Assembly: GCA_965197905.1 (NCBI GenBank)
Contig: CBDAOB010000004.1
Location: forward strand, 1,088,001-1,152,000
Length of the DNA: 64,000 nucleotides
Direction: 5' to 3'
From: Candidatus Latescibacterota bacterium
GTDB lineage: Bacteria; Latescibacterota; UBA2968; UBA8231
Shown here: piece by piece, positions 44,216-54,386 of the stretch
Layout: each line of letters begins with the position of its first letter
Position numbering within the stretch: position 1 is the first letter of the stretch
Notes under the pieces: generated by a model
The model's database searches: none
What the model was told of the DNA's origin: nothing
What the model saw: only the letters and a program-made list of their open reading frames with translations
Made by a program: the position numbers and the translations under genes

Positions 44216-46662
44216 TGACTCGAAGATATGTAGATGTATCTCTCCCGCCTCCGCTAGCCAGAGAACTCACCTATCACCTCCCCTCACATCTTGAACCTGC
44301 GGTTCGACCGGGTAGCGTGGTTCTCGTTCCCGTTCATGGCCGTCTGCTCACCGGTATCGTGGTCCGCGACGCGCAGGAACTGGGTGGAGTGGACACAGGG
44401 AAGATCAAGGAGGTCTCCGAGGTACTGGACAGCGACACTCTGCTCGATCCAAAGCTGGTGGACCTTTGTCGTTGGATCGCCGGTTATTATCTGGCGCCTT
44501 TGGGAGCGGCGCTGGGAGCGGCGTTGCCACCCGGTATTCAGCTGGCATCGACTCGACTCGTGCATCTGCGTCAGGCGACAGCGGTCGGCGGAGACGTGAT
44601 CGATGAGCGGGTATTGGGCGAGCTGCGGAGGGAATCGCCGTTAAAGGTGACCACTTTGCAACGACGATTGGGGCGTTCCGGCCTGGAAGGAGCGTTGCGG
44701 CGGCTGCGGCGCGACGGCCAGGTGGAGATTGTTCCCTTCCTCAAGGCGCCCCCTGTCCGCAGCGAACGCTGTGTTAGATTGGCCGACGGAGAAAGTGCGG
44801 AAGCGGCCTTGAAGGAGTTGCCGGCACGGGCGCATCGCAAATCGGCTTTCTTGAAACACATGCTTCAATTCGAATCGGCGACGCGTAAATCCCTCACCGA
44901 ACAGGGATTCAGCTCTGCGTTGGTGTCGGGCTTCGCCAAGATCGGGTTGGTGGAAAGCTTCGACCGCGAGGTATTGCGCGATCCGCTCTCCCACATCGAT
45001 CCGGTGGAGGAGGACGTTCAGTGTTTGAGTCCGGACCAGGAGAAAGCGATTGAGAAACTGAGCGCCGCCGTAGACCGCGAAAGGTTCTTCCCGGTCCTCC
45101 TGCACGGAGTCACGGGGAGCGGCAAAACATTGGTTTATCTCCATGCTGTTTCCCAGGTATTGGAACGGGGGCGGAGTGCCATCGTTCTGGTTCCGGAAAT
45201 CGCTCTGGCCTGGCAGACTGTGCGGCGATTCAAAGCTGAATTCGGTGATCGTGTCGCCGTGTTGCACAGCCAACTGTCGCCGGGCGAGCGCTACGATACC
45301 TGGCGACAATTGAGGCGCGGCGATCAGTCGATCGTCATTGGCGCTCGGTCCGCCATCTTCGCTCCCATGGTAGATTTGGGCATCATCGTTGTCGATGAAG
45401 AACACGACAGCTCTTACAAGCAGGAGGATTTGGACGGCCGGCAAGCCTTGCCATACAGCGGCAGGGACGTGGCTTTGGTACGTGGCCAGAGAGAGGAAGC
45501 CGTGGTTCTGCTGGGCTCGGCGACTCCCAGCCTCGAATCGTATCAAAATGCCCAAACCGGCAAGTATCACTATCTCACAATGCCGGCGCGCATAGACTCG
45601 CGACCTCTGCCGCGGGTAAGCGTCGTCGACATGCATGGAGAGTCGTTCCAAGGCAAACGGCGCCCAATCTTCTCGCGCGAGTTGCGGCTGAAGATTCGCG
45701 ATCGCCTCGATCGCAATGAAAAGATCGTGCTGCTGCAGAACCGCCGGGGATTTTCCCCCATCCTGTTGTGCGCATCCTGTGGCGAAGCAGCCGAATGCAA
45801 GCGTTGCCGGGTCACCCTCACCTACCACCGCCATGGCGGTGGCGAAATGAGATGCCACTACTGCGACTTTCGGGGATCGATTCCATCTACCTGCGATCAT
45901 TGCGCCGCTGCCGATCTGCAATTTGAGGGCATTGGAACGCAGCGGGTGGAAGAGACCCTATTGGAACAGTTTCCAGGCGTACGCGTCATTCGTATGGATG
46001 TGGACAGCACCACAGCCAAAGGCTCGCATGACGAGCTAGTGGAGAGTTTCCGTCACGGCGAAGCAGATATCCTTCTGGGCACCCAGATGGTGGCCAAAGG
46101 GTTGGATTTCCCCGAAGTCACTCTGGTCGGCGTCATTTCGGCCGACACCTCGATGCACATGCCCGACTTTCGGGCAGCAGAACGCAGCTTTCAGCTTCTC
46201 ACACAGGTTGCGGGCAGGTCGGGAAGGGGCACGACGCCTGGTGAGGTGGTGATCCAAACTCTGCTCAGCGATTCACCCGTTCTGCGTGAGGCTGCCAGGC
46301 AGGATTACGCGGCGTTCGCCGACCGAGAAATGCAGATACGCAGTGAAGCGGGATTCCCTCCCTTCGGCCGACTGATCGTCTTTTTGTGGCGCGGCACGGA
46401 TGAATCGGCAGTATCGCGGGCGGCTACTCAGGGGACCTTGGAATTGAATTCCCTCGTCTGCGGAACCGCACGGGTATTGGGACCCGCTTCCGCACCGCTG
46501 GCCCGGCTGCGCGATCAATACCGTTGGCACGCTCTGTTGTGCGGCACTGCTGCCAATAGTGCACACGGAATCGCGTGCACGGCATTGACGCCCATGCGCC
46601 GAATTGCAGGAGATGAAAACGTCGCGTTGAGCGTCAACGTCGACCCATTGAGTATGATGTGA
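44212..46662 (+). CDS. priA: Primosomal protein N'
   Basis: LHGVTGSGKT, VPEIAL, VDEEHD.SYKQ, four CxxC pairs, GTQMVAKGLDFP, QVAGRSGR. Confidence 0.98.
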   Translation: MMTRRYVDVSLPPPLARELTYHLPSHLEPAVRPGSVVLVPVHGRLLTGIVVRDAQELGGVDTGKIKEVSEVLDSDTLLDPKLVDLCRWIAGYYLAPLGAALGAALPPGIQLASTRLVHLRQATAVGGDVIDERVLGELRRESPLKVTTLQRRLGRSGLEGALRRLRRDGQVEIVPFLKAPPVRSERCVRLADGESAEAALKELPARAHRKSAFLKHMLQFESATRKSLTEQGFSSALVSGFAKIGLVESFDREVLRDPLSHIDPVEEDVQCLSPDQEKAIEKLSAAVDRERFFPVLLHGVTGSGKTLVYLHAVSQVLERGRSAIVLVPEIALAWQTVRRFKAEFGDRVAVLHSQLSPGERYDTWRQLRRGDQSIVIGARSAIFAPMVDLGIIVVDEEHDSSYKQEDLDGRQALPYSGRDVALVRGQREEAVVLLGSATPSLESYQNAQTGKYHYLTMPARIDSRPLPRVSVVDMHGESFQGKRRPIFSRELRLKIRDRLDRNEKIVLLQNRRGFSPILLCASCGEAAECKRCRVTLTYHRHGGGEMRCHYCDFRGSIPSTCDHCAAADLQFEGIGTQRVEETLLEQFPGVRVIRMDVDSTTAKGSHDELVESFRHGEADILLGTQMVAKGLDFPEVTLVGVISADTSMHMPDFRAAERSFQLLTQVAGRSGRGTTPGEVVIQTLLSDSPVLREAARQDYAAFADREMQIRSEAGFPPFGRLIVFLWRGTDESAVSRAATQGTLELNSLVCGTARVLGPASAPLARLRDQYRWHALLCGTAANSAHGIACTALTPMRRIAGDENVALSVNVDPLSMM

Positions 46663-46669
46663 GGTAGTC

Positions 46670-48919
46670 ATGTCAGTAGCTCTATTTTGTCTGTTTTTGG
46701 CACTTCTATCGACCTCCGTCTGTGCAAGGGCTCAAGGCGAATGGACCGCTTTTACGAGTATGCGCGACATGAACGATGTAATGGTGGATCGGAATTTTGT
46801 GTGGGCCGCCACATCAGGAGGAGTTTTGCGATACGACCAGGAAAGCCGCACCTACTCGAGATTTACCCGGTTGGACGGGTTGGCTGGCAACAAAGTGCTG
46901 AGTCTGGCGCGAGACGACAACGGAGACGTGTGGATGGGCACCGACCACCAGGGGTTGACTCGATTCAGCGCGGCTAATGCAAGATTCGACCGCACCTTTT
47001 TCGAGTTCGCCGAGTTGGCGGTGAACGTTATGGTCACTCGCGGCAATCGCGTGTTCGTTGGAACGAGCAGAGGCGTGAGCGTATTTCTCAGCGATCGGGA
47101 GGAGGTAAAAGAGTCCTACCGGCAGCTGGGAGATCTTACCAAGGACATTCCCGTTACCGCGCTGGCATTGCTCGGCGATTCTCTAGTCGTTGGCACTGAA
47201 GAAGGATTCGCAATTGCTGATCTGAGACAACCCAATCTACAGGACCCGGAGAGTTGGTCAGGAATCCGCGGACTCGGCAAAATCCGGGACGTCATCGTTT
47301 TTTCCAACAGGTTGTTCTTTGTGTCCGAAGAGGGTGTCTTGAGATATGACAGTTCACGAGACTTCTTGCTGCGTGAATCGGCTCTGGAAGATATCGTGAG
47401 TTTTGGGATTCTGGACGGCAACTTGATATTCATTACTGAATCCGGAGCCATAAATCAAAGAAGCAGCTCAGGTCGGTGGATTGTGCAATCTGGCGAGGTG
47501 ATCTCGGGTGTTCGGGAGCTCGCATACTCTGATAGTGCCCTATGGCTTGCAACAACGGAAGGCCTCAAGGTTTTGGGGGCGCAGGCTCCTCCCCCCTCAC
47601 GCGAGCCTGCGGCCAATCATTTCCATGACATGCAACTTCTGGACAACGGCGAACTCTGGATCGCCAGTGTTCCCAACGACTTCACGCGTCCCTACGGACT
47701 CTACCAGTTCGACCCATCTGACTCGAGCTGGACGATTCACGACGAGTCCAACGATCTGCCAAGCCACTATTCAAACCAGTGGAAGGAGTTTGTTCCCCCA
47801 ACAATCGTTGCTTTGGAGGTGGACGCAACCGGCAGTCTTTGGGCTGGTACGTGGGGTCAAGGATTGGGGACTCGAGGAGCTAACGGCAGTTGGGAATGGC
47901 TCGATCAAAACAACTCCGTGCTGCGAGGCGTAGGTGGCGGAGGTTCCTTTGTGGTGATTGCCGATGTCATGCAGGATGAGGAGAATCTGTTGTGGATTAC
48001 GAATGTGCTGGCTGGTCTTGCCGTAATCGACACCAACGATCCGACCAGGGGCACTTTGTATAGCCAGAGTGAACTAGGGGTCCCGAGAGACATAGGCGAG
48101 ATCGCTATCGGGCCGGATGGGTTAAAGTGGATCTCGCTTCCGCTCGACGGCTTCTTGCTATTCGATGATGGAGGGACCCCGTTTGAAAAGGGGGACGAGT
48201 TCGCCTTTCCAATAAGTACTTCCGTGGAAGACCGGCTCACCAGCGACAGAGTCAAAGACGTCATGGTAGACAGCCGGGGCCAGGTATGGCTGGCCACTAA
48301 CAACGGACTCAATGTCGTGCGCGGCAGCTACGACCGTGGGAATCGAACGTTTGAAATTGAAAGATGGCGCGTCTTCGACTTGGATGATGGATTGCCGTCA
48401 AGCGAGATCAGCACGTTCGTCGAAGACGATCTGGGCAACGTTTGGGTGGGTACCGACGGTGGAATCGGTCAGATAACGCCGGCGGGCGAGGTGGCGTTCG
48501 CGCTGACCACCGAAAACAGCGGGCTGATCGACAACCGCATAAACTCCCTGCTCTTTGACCGAGACGCGGGCGAACTCTGGATAGGCACCTTTGACGGATT
48601 GAGTCGACTGAAGATCTCCCTGGGGAGCGAGTCGGGAAGCGATGAGCTGATCGTATACCCCAACCCGCTGGTATTGAGCTCGCGCAATGCGAGCTTGACA
48701 TTCTCGGGTCTGCCGCTGGGAGCCGAGCTGCAGATCTTCGACCTGGGTGGGAACCTCGTCTGGCGTCACCGGGGAACACCGGGCACAGGCTCGGTGTCGT
48801 GGAGCGGCCAAAATCAGGCTGGCTTCCTCGTCGCCAGTGGGGTCTACTTTTTTGTCGCTCGAGACGAGACCGGCAAGACGACATCGGGAAAATTTGCGGT
48901 CATAAATGGCCGCAATTAG
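46670..48919 (+). CDS. PorZ-like beta-propeller protein with FlgD/T9SS-type C-terminal domain
   Basis: Signal peptide; regulator-propeller repeats (DDNGDVWMGT, DSRGQVWLATNNGL, DDLGNVWVGT); C-terminus VYPNP...IFDLGGNLV...W.G.N..G..VASGVY...GKFAVI. Confidence 0.8.
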   Translation: MSVALFCLFLALLSTSVCARAQGEWTAFTSMRDMNDVMVDRNFVWAATSGGVLRYDQESRTYSRFTRLDGLAGNKVLSLARDDNGDVWMGTDHQGLTRFSAANARFDRTFFEFAELAVNVMVTRGNRVFVGTSRGVSVFLSDREEVKESYRQLGDLTKDIPVTALALLGDSLVVGTEEGFAIADLRQPNLQDPESWSGIRGLGKIRDVIVFSNRLFFVSEEGVLRYDSSRDFLLRESALEDIVSFGILDGNLIFITESGAINQRSSSGRWIVQSGEVISGVRELAYSDSALWLATTEGLKVLGAQAPPPSREPAANHFHDMQLLDNGELWIASVPNDFTRPYGLYQFDPSDSSWTIHDESNDLPSHYSNQWKEFVPPTIVALEVDATGSLWAGTWGQGLGTRGANGSWEWLDQNNSVLRGVGGGGSFVVIADVMQDEENLLWITNVLAGLAVIDTNDPTRGTLYSQSELGVPRDIGEIAIGPDGLKWISLPLDGFLLFDDGGTPFEKGDEFAFPISTSVEDRLTSDRVKDVMVDSRGQVWLATNNGLNVVRGSYDRGNRTFEIERWRVFDLDDGLPSSEISTFVEDDLGNVWVGTDGGIGQITPAGEVAFALTTENSGLIDNRINSLLFDRDAGELWIGTFDGLSRLKISLGSESGSDELIVYPNPLVLSSRNASLTFSGLPLGAELQIFDLGGNLVWRHRGTPGTGSVSWSGQNQAGFLVASGVYFFVARDETGKTTSGKFAVINGRN

Positions 48920-49571
48920 GATTATTCTGATGCTCGCGCTCGCCCTGCAAAGCGGTCGAGCCGAAGCGACGGACGCATCGCGCTTTACCATCGCCCGTCT
49001 GCAATACGACGGCGGGGGCGACTGGTACAGCGACCCCTCTTCCCTGGCAAATCTGCTCGAGTTTCTGCGGCGCAACACCAACATCGAGGTGGCGGCGGAA
49101 CCGGTGCGCGTCCGTATTATGGACGAGGAGCTGTTCTCCTATCCATATCTCTATCTCACTGGTCACGGCAACATACGTTTGTCACCCGAAGAAACCGTTC
49201 GACTGCGACATTTTCTCGAAAGCGGAGGGTTTCTTCATGCCGATGACAACTACGGCATGGATGAGTCGTTCCGCCGGGAGCTGAAGAAGCTGTTTCCCAA
49301 GAAAGAACTCGTCGAACTTCCGCGCGACCACGAGATTTTCCGCTGCCATTTCGAGTTTTCCGAAGGTTTGCCGAAGATCCATGCGCACGACGGCAAGCGT
49401 CCCCAGGCGTTGGCGCTTTACGATGCCAATCGAATCGTCGTCCTGTACACCTATGAGTCGGACCTGGGGGACGGTTGGGAAGATCCCGCCGTGCACAGCG
49501 ACCCCGAGGAGAAACGGCGAGCAGCTTTGCGCATGGGCACGAACATCGTGGTTTGGGCATTAACCCATTAG
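48906..49571 (+). CDS. DUF4159 domain protein
   Basis: QYDGGGDWYSDP, YPYLYLTGHGN, GGFLHADDNYG, ESDLGDGWED. Confidence 0.88.
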   Translation: MAAIRIILMLALALQSGRAEATDASRFTIARLQYDGGGDWYSDPSSLANLLEFLRRNTNIEVAAEPVRVRIMDEELFSYPYLYLTGHGNIRLSPEETVRLRHFLESGGFLHADDNYGMDESFRRELKKLFPKKELVELPRDHEIFRCHFEFSEGLPKIHAHDGKRPQALALYDANRIVVLYTYESDLGDGWEDPAVHSDPEEKRRAALRMGTNIVVWALTH

Positions 49572-49572
49572 C

Positions 49573-52500
49573 ATGAGAGACCCCGGGGAACTCTACGTCT
49601 CGCTGGAAACCCAACTGAGGCGGTTCCGACACAAGCTATTGCTGTCCGACCTGGCCGACGTCCTTGTGGGCGGGTTGTTGGCGGCACTCGTTCTGGGCTG
49701 GTGCTGGGTTGCCCTGGAGGCCGTCCTCTACTTGGCTCCCGGAATGCGCGCGGCCTCGGGTGTCGGGGCCGCCCTGCTGAGCGCCGCGGCCGTCGGGGTT
49801 CTGCTCGCAAAACGAATACCCGGACATCTTGCCTTGGGAGAGGTGGCGCTGCTGATCGAGGAGCATTGTCCTCAGCTGCGGCAGCGTCTGATCACCAGTC
49901 TTCAGCTCGGGAAAGACGACTACTCCGAAGTGCGTTTTTCTAGAGCGCTGTTCCTGGCGACCCTAGAGCGGGCCGTCGATGAGTTGCGCGCACTAGACCT
50001 GACCCCCCTGTTGCGAAGGCGCGAAATCGCGAACGGAGCTGTGCGCGCCGTCGGCGTCGCGCTGGTGGCCATCGGTTCAGTCGCAGTGTTCGACGATACG
50101 TTGGGTGCGGCGGCGGTTCGTTGCGCCCATCCGCTCACGGCGTTCGAGAAAACGCCCTCGACTCTTATTTCCGTCGCAGCCAACGAGAGCACGGTGATAG
50201 CCGGCGAGAACTTCGCCATCCAGATTCGTTTCGCAGGTGATCTTCCCCACGCAGCTACGATATTGAGTCGCGAGGAGACAGCATCCGAATATGCCCGGCA
50301 ACGGCTCCTGGTCGGTGGCGTCGATTCGCTGAACTTTACCTTCGAGTCCGTCAAGAGAGCCTTCAGCTTTATGGTCGAGGCGAATGACGGCACGAGTGCG
50401 ATTCACGAGGTCGAGGTAATCGATCCGCCGTTTATCGAGAAGATTCGCCTGCGCTATCAATACCCAGAGTACAGCGGTCTGCCTGCCGCGGTCGAGGAGG
50501 AGACGGGTGATATCCGGTGCCTTCGAGGCACTCGCGTGGCTGTCGAAATTTTTGCCAGCAAACCGCTGGCCGCCGCACAATTGGTGTTGAACGACTCGAT
50601 ACGGCTGGAAGGAGCAGTCACCGATGCCGGGGCAAGCACGGCGTTTGTCGTTGAATCTGCCGGAAGTTATGTCGTCGCCCTGCGCGACCGCTTCGGCGTC
50701 CCCAACAAGAATCCGATTCGGTATTCCATTCTCGCGGTAGACGACGCGTTTCCCCAGATCAGCATTGCCGAACCTGGGGTGGATATGGACCTGCCCGATA
50801 ACATGAAGGTGACCCTAGGCGTGGAAGCCGTAGACGACTATGGGGTCACGAAATTAACGCTGGTGCACCAGGTAAATGAGGGCCCGCCTACCCGATCACC
50901 GATGACCTTTGTTCCCGATTCCAACGTCCGCGTTCAATGGGAGTGGGACCTTTCGACCTGGGATTTGCTACCCGAAGATCAAGTCCGTTACCACGTAGAG
51001 GCTTTCGACAACGACGTCGTCGCCGGGCCCAAGAAAAGCTCGTCAGCCGAATTCTCGCTGCGGTTTCCCTCGATCCAGGAGCTGTTCGACGAGGTTCGAG
51101 ATGCCCAGGAGGAAACGCTGGACCATCTCGAGACGCTCGCCGAGGAAAGTTCCGAGACCGGCGAGTACCTCGAGGAACTCCGACGAGAGCTGCTGAAGAA
51201 AGAAACGTTGAGTTGGGAACAGGACAGAGAGCTCGAGTCGACGCTGGAGGAAGAAACCGAACGGGCGCAGGCGATCGAAGAAATCGCCCGCGACATCGAT
51301 GAAGCCATGACCGCCATGAAAGAGTCGGGATTGGCCACCGCAGATCTGCTGGAAAAAATGGCGGAGTTGCGCAAGTTGATGGAATCGGTCATGAGCCCGC
51401 AGATGCAAGAAGCGCTTTCTGCTTTGCAGGATGCCGCCAAGAGCCAGGATCCACAGCGACTGGCAGAGGCGCTGCGCAAATTCGCCGAAGACCACAAGCT
51501 GTTTGAGGAGCGGCTGGATAGGTCCATATCGCTGCTTGAGCGGGTGCAGGTAGAGCAGCGACTGCAAGCGGCGGTCAAACGAGCCCAGAACCTGGAAAAG
51601 AGACAGGCCCAGATCAACGCAGGGATGGATTTGGATCTCGGCGATCCCAGATTGCCGCAACATGAAACAGCTCTGCAGCGCGACGCGGATGGGCTGCAAA
51701 AGGAGCTGTCGGAGCTCGGACAGCTAATGGACGAATACAGTGAGAAGACCGCCGAGAATCTGGAACGCCAATCGGCACTTATGGAAGAGGAAAATATCTC
51801 GGGCCGCATGAAAGAGGTGACGCAACTGCTGGAAGCCCCGGCCAACACGAAGGCGCGACAAAAGGGATCCGACCTCGAGGAGGATCTGGGCAAGCTGGCG
51901 CACAGCATGCAACATCTCCAGGGAGAATATGCCGATGAACAGAAAGGGCAGCTTACCCAAGCGATGCGCACCGCAATCCACGAATTGTTGCGATTGTCCG
52001 AAAGGCAGGAATCCGTCGCCGGGGAGACCCGCAAGGCAAGAGACGACGACAGCGTCGAGATGGCGGAAAATCAATTTGCCGTCGCGCAGGGTACGGCTCT
52101 CGTGGTTGAAAAACTGGGAGCGATATCCAGGCGGACCATGAGCCTGGGGTACGGTCTCTCCACCTCCCTGGGTTATGCCATGCACCATATGGGGCAGGCA
52201 ACCGATCTGCTGGGTCGGCGGCAGCTGCGGGGCACCGATGAGCAGCAGGTAGCGGCTATGGGTTATCTCAACGAATCGATCCTGCTCTTGCGCAAGAGCA
52301 TGGATAATCTGGCGGATGCCCGCATGCCGTCCGCGTTCGACGAGGCGATGCAGCAGATGGCTGGCATGGCGGAACGGCAAAGTGACATAAATCAAGCAAC
52401 GCAAGAAGCGTTTGGTCAGCAGGGCAAGGAAGCCGGCGATCGCGGCCGCGCAAGTGCCAGCCACCGTCGCCGCATGGAGCAGCTGGCGGCGGAACAGCGA

Positions 52501-52920
52501 AGTCTTTACGAAGCGTTGAAAGCGCTTGAACGCTCCCTTCGCGGGAACCGGGGCGCTGAGGAAAGGACTCGTGCCATGGAGCGGGAAATGGAGACCGTGC
52601 TTCAGGACCTGCAGGGTCCCCGACTTCCAAAACGGACCCTGGATCTGCAGAACAACATTCTGCAGAGAATGCTCGATGCGAGTCGCTCTATCCACAATCG
52701 GGGGTATGAAAAACAGAGAAAGTCAGAGAGCGGGAGCGATTTCGAGTACAGCGGCCCTCCATGGTTGCCGGCGGACAAGGGGGAATCGCAGGATCTACTG
52801 CGAGAAGCGTTGAGAAATGCCCTCGCGGGTCCTTATCCGGAAGAGTACCGACGTCTGATTCGCACCTACTACGAACGTGTGTATCAAGACGCGGTTGTGA
52901 GGCCAGGATCGGACCAGTGA
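49573..52920 (+). CDS. DUF4175-like membrane-anchored coiled-coil protein
   Basis: Three N-terminal TMs, Ig-like region (YPEYSG, DDYGV, AFDND...GPK), long Q/E/M coiled coil, C-terminal PEEYRRLIRTYYE. Confidence 0.78.
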   Translation: MRDPGELYVSLETQLRRFRHKLLLSDLADVLVGGLLAALVLGWCWVALEAVLYLAPGMRAASGVGAALLSAAAVGVLLAKRIPGHLALGEVALLIEEHCPQLRQRLITSLQLGKDDYSEVRFSRALFLATLERAVDELRALDLTPLLRRREIANGAVRAVGVALVAIGSVAVFDDTLGAAAVRCAHPLTAFEKTPSTLISVAANESTVIAGENFAIQIRFAGDLPHAATILSREETASEYARQRLLVGGVDSLNFTFESVKRAFSFMVEANDGTSAIHEVEVIDPPFIEKIRLRYQYPEYSGLPAAVEEETGDIRCLRGTRVAVEIFASKPLAAAQLVLNDSIRLEGAVTDAGASTAFVVESAGSYVVALRDRFGVPNKNPIRYSILAVDDAFPQISIAEPGVDMDLPDNMKVTLGVEAVDDYGVTKLTLVHQVNEGPPTRSPMTFVPDSNVRVQWEWDLSTWDLLPEDQVRYHVEAFDNDVVAGPKKSSSAEFSLRFPSIQELFDEVRDAQEETLDHLETLAEESSETGEYLEELRRELLKKETLSWEQDRELESTLEEETERAQAIEEIARDIDEAMTAMKESGLATADLLEKMAELRKLMESVMSPQMQEALSALQDAAKSQDPQRLAEALRKFAEDHKLFEERLDRSISLLERVQVEQRLQAAVKRAQNLEKRQAQINAGMDLDLGDPRLPQHETALQRDADGLQKELSELGQLMDEYSEKTAENLERQSALMEEENISGRMKEVTQLLEAPANTKARQKGSDLEEDLGKLAHSMQHLQGEYADEQKGQLTQAMRTAIHELLRLSERQESVAGETRKARDDDSVEMAENQFAVAQGTALVVEKLGAISRRTMSLGYGLSTSLGYAMHHMGQATDLLGRRQLRGTDEQQVAAMGYLNESILLLRKSMDNLADARMPSAFDEAMQQMAGMAERQSDINQATQEAFGQQGKEAGDRGRASASHRRRMEQLAAEQRSLYEALKALERSLRGNRGAEERTRAMEREMETVLQDLQGPRLPKRTLDLQNNILQRMLDASRSIHNRGYEKQRKSESGSDFEYSGPPWLPADKGESQDLLREALRNALAGPYPEEYRRLIRTYYERVYQDAVVRPGSDQ

Positions 52921-54386
52921 GAGCCGCGATTCTGATCCTGATCGGTTGCGGGGTGATTTTCCCCAAGTTGTCGTGGGCATCCGAAACCTCCAAGCTTGCA
53001 GCCCGAATCGACAGTTTGCTGGTCGCAGGCAACTTGAAGGCCGCGGCGCGAATTATTCAGAAGGAGCGCGAGGTCGCCGGCGACGAAAGGTTGTTCGGTT
53101 GGAGACGCGCCGAAATTTACCTGGCTAGGGGTGAGTACCAAGATGCCGTGGCGGAGTACGCCAGATACCTGACGAAAAAACCCCATCACTACTCAGCTCT
53201 CGAAGGGCGATTGCGGCAACTGATGGGCGAGCCCGAAGGCGCAGCCGACATACTGAAGGCGCTGGCCGTAGCCGCGGCGGGGGCTGACGACGGCCTGCAA
53301 CTGTCGTTGTTGACCTCCTCCTGCGCACTGATGGCCGGCAAGCCCCGGCTGGGGTTCGATGCCCTCGCTCCGTACGCTTCCGACCCACAGGTGTCGATCG
53401 TCGTTTTGCAGTTCGCTCACAAATGCGAGGCGAAGGGCTATCTTGAAGTAGCCGTCGCCGCTTATGGACGGTACGCCGATCAAAATCCAGATTCCCCGCA
53501 GCACTACACCAGTCTAGTGCGTCAGGCGGAGGTGGCTTCCAAACTCGGGAAACACGCCAAGGCCGTGGAGCTTTACAGTCGTTTGGCCCGCGATTTCCCA
53601 GATAGACCGGAAGCGTTGGATGCGTTCTTGGGTCTGGGCCGGTTGTATCTGGAGGAGTTCAACCAACCGAAAACCGCTCAACCCCTGTTGCTGAAGGCCG
53701 TCAACGGATCTCCGGGCACCGAAAGGAGCCTGCACGCCACCTCCCTCATGGCCGAGTGCGCCCTGCGATTGGACGAACTGGACGAGGCTCTTTCCCTCGT
53801 CGAAAACGTCGATAGGAAGGTGCCGATTCCGTACGAATTGCGACTGCAACGAGCCGAGATTCGCTACTTTCGTCACGATTTCGCAGCGGCGGCAGACACC
53901 CTGCAGCAGCTTTTGTTGGAAGACCTGCAGGAGGATTTGGCGAACGACGCACTGGCGCTTCTTCTTCGCGTCGACGACCGGGAGAACCATCCTCGTGCCC
54001 TCGAGATTCTTGCGCGTGCCCAGCTATTCGAACGCCAGCAACGAACCGAGGAAGCGGCCGCGGCGTGGCACTGGCTCCGGCTGAAGGCCCCGTTGTCGCT
54101 GCGACCCCTTGGCTTGTTGCTGCAGGCGAACCACCGGATCGACGCGGGGGACGACGGAACAGCCTCAACGCTCCTGGACAACCTGGTGGCGTCTTTTCCC
54201 GCAAGCCCATACGCCCTGGATGCCCAGCTCCGGTTGGCGAATATCTACTTGCGAGACGGGCAGCGCGCCCGCGCGCTAAAGACCTTCGAAACGGCCGTGC
54301 TCGCCTTTCCGCAGGATGCGCGCACTCCCGAGATTCGTTTGAAGATTCAACGGTTGAGAGCCGAACAAAACCGGAACCCTGAATGA
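52917..54386 (+). CDS. Exported TPR protein
   Basis: GTG overlapping the upstream stop; signal peptide; TPRs with FP..P motifs. Confidence 0.8.
   Translation: MRAAILILIGCGVIFPKLSWASETSKLAARIDSLLVAGNLKAAARIIQKEREVAGDERLFGWRRAEIYLARGEYQDAVAEYARYLTKKPHHYSALEGRLRQLMGEPEGAADILKALAVAAAGADDGLQLSLLTSSCALMAGKPRLGFDALAPYASDPQVSIVVLQFAHKCEAKGYLEVAVAAYGRYADQNPDSPQHYTSLVRQAEVASKLGKHAKAVELYSRLARDFPDRPEALDAFLGLGRLYLEEFNQPKTAQPLLLKAVNGSPGTERSLHATSLMAECALRLDELDEALSLVENVDRKVPIPYELRLQRAEIRYFRHDFAAAADTLQQLLLEDLQEDLANDALALLLRVDDRENHPRALEILARAQLFERQQRTEEAAAAWHWLRLKAPLSLRPLGLLLQANHRIDAGDDGTASTLLDNLVASFPASPYALDAQLRLANIYLRDGQRARALKTFETAVLAFPQDARTPEIRLKIQRLRAEQNRNPE

Noticed and set aside
44641..45921. 426-aa minus-strand ORF and similar long antisense ORFs
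   Set aside because: Fully opposite well-supported genes such as priA; no independent signal.
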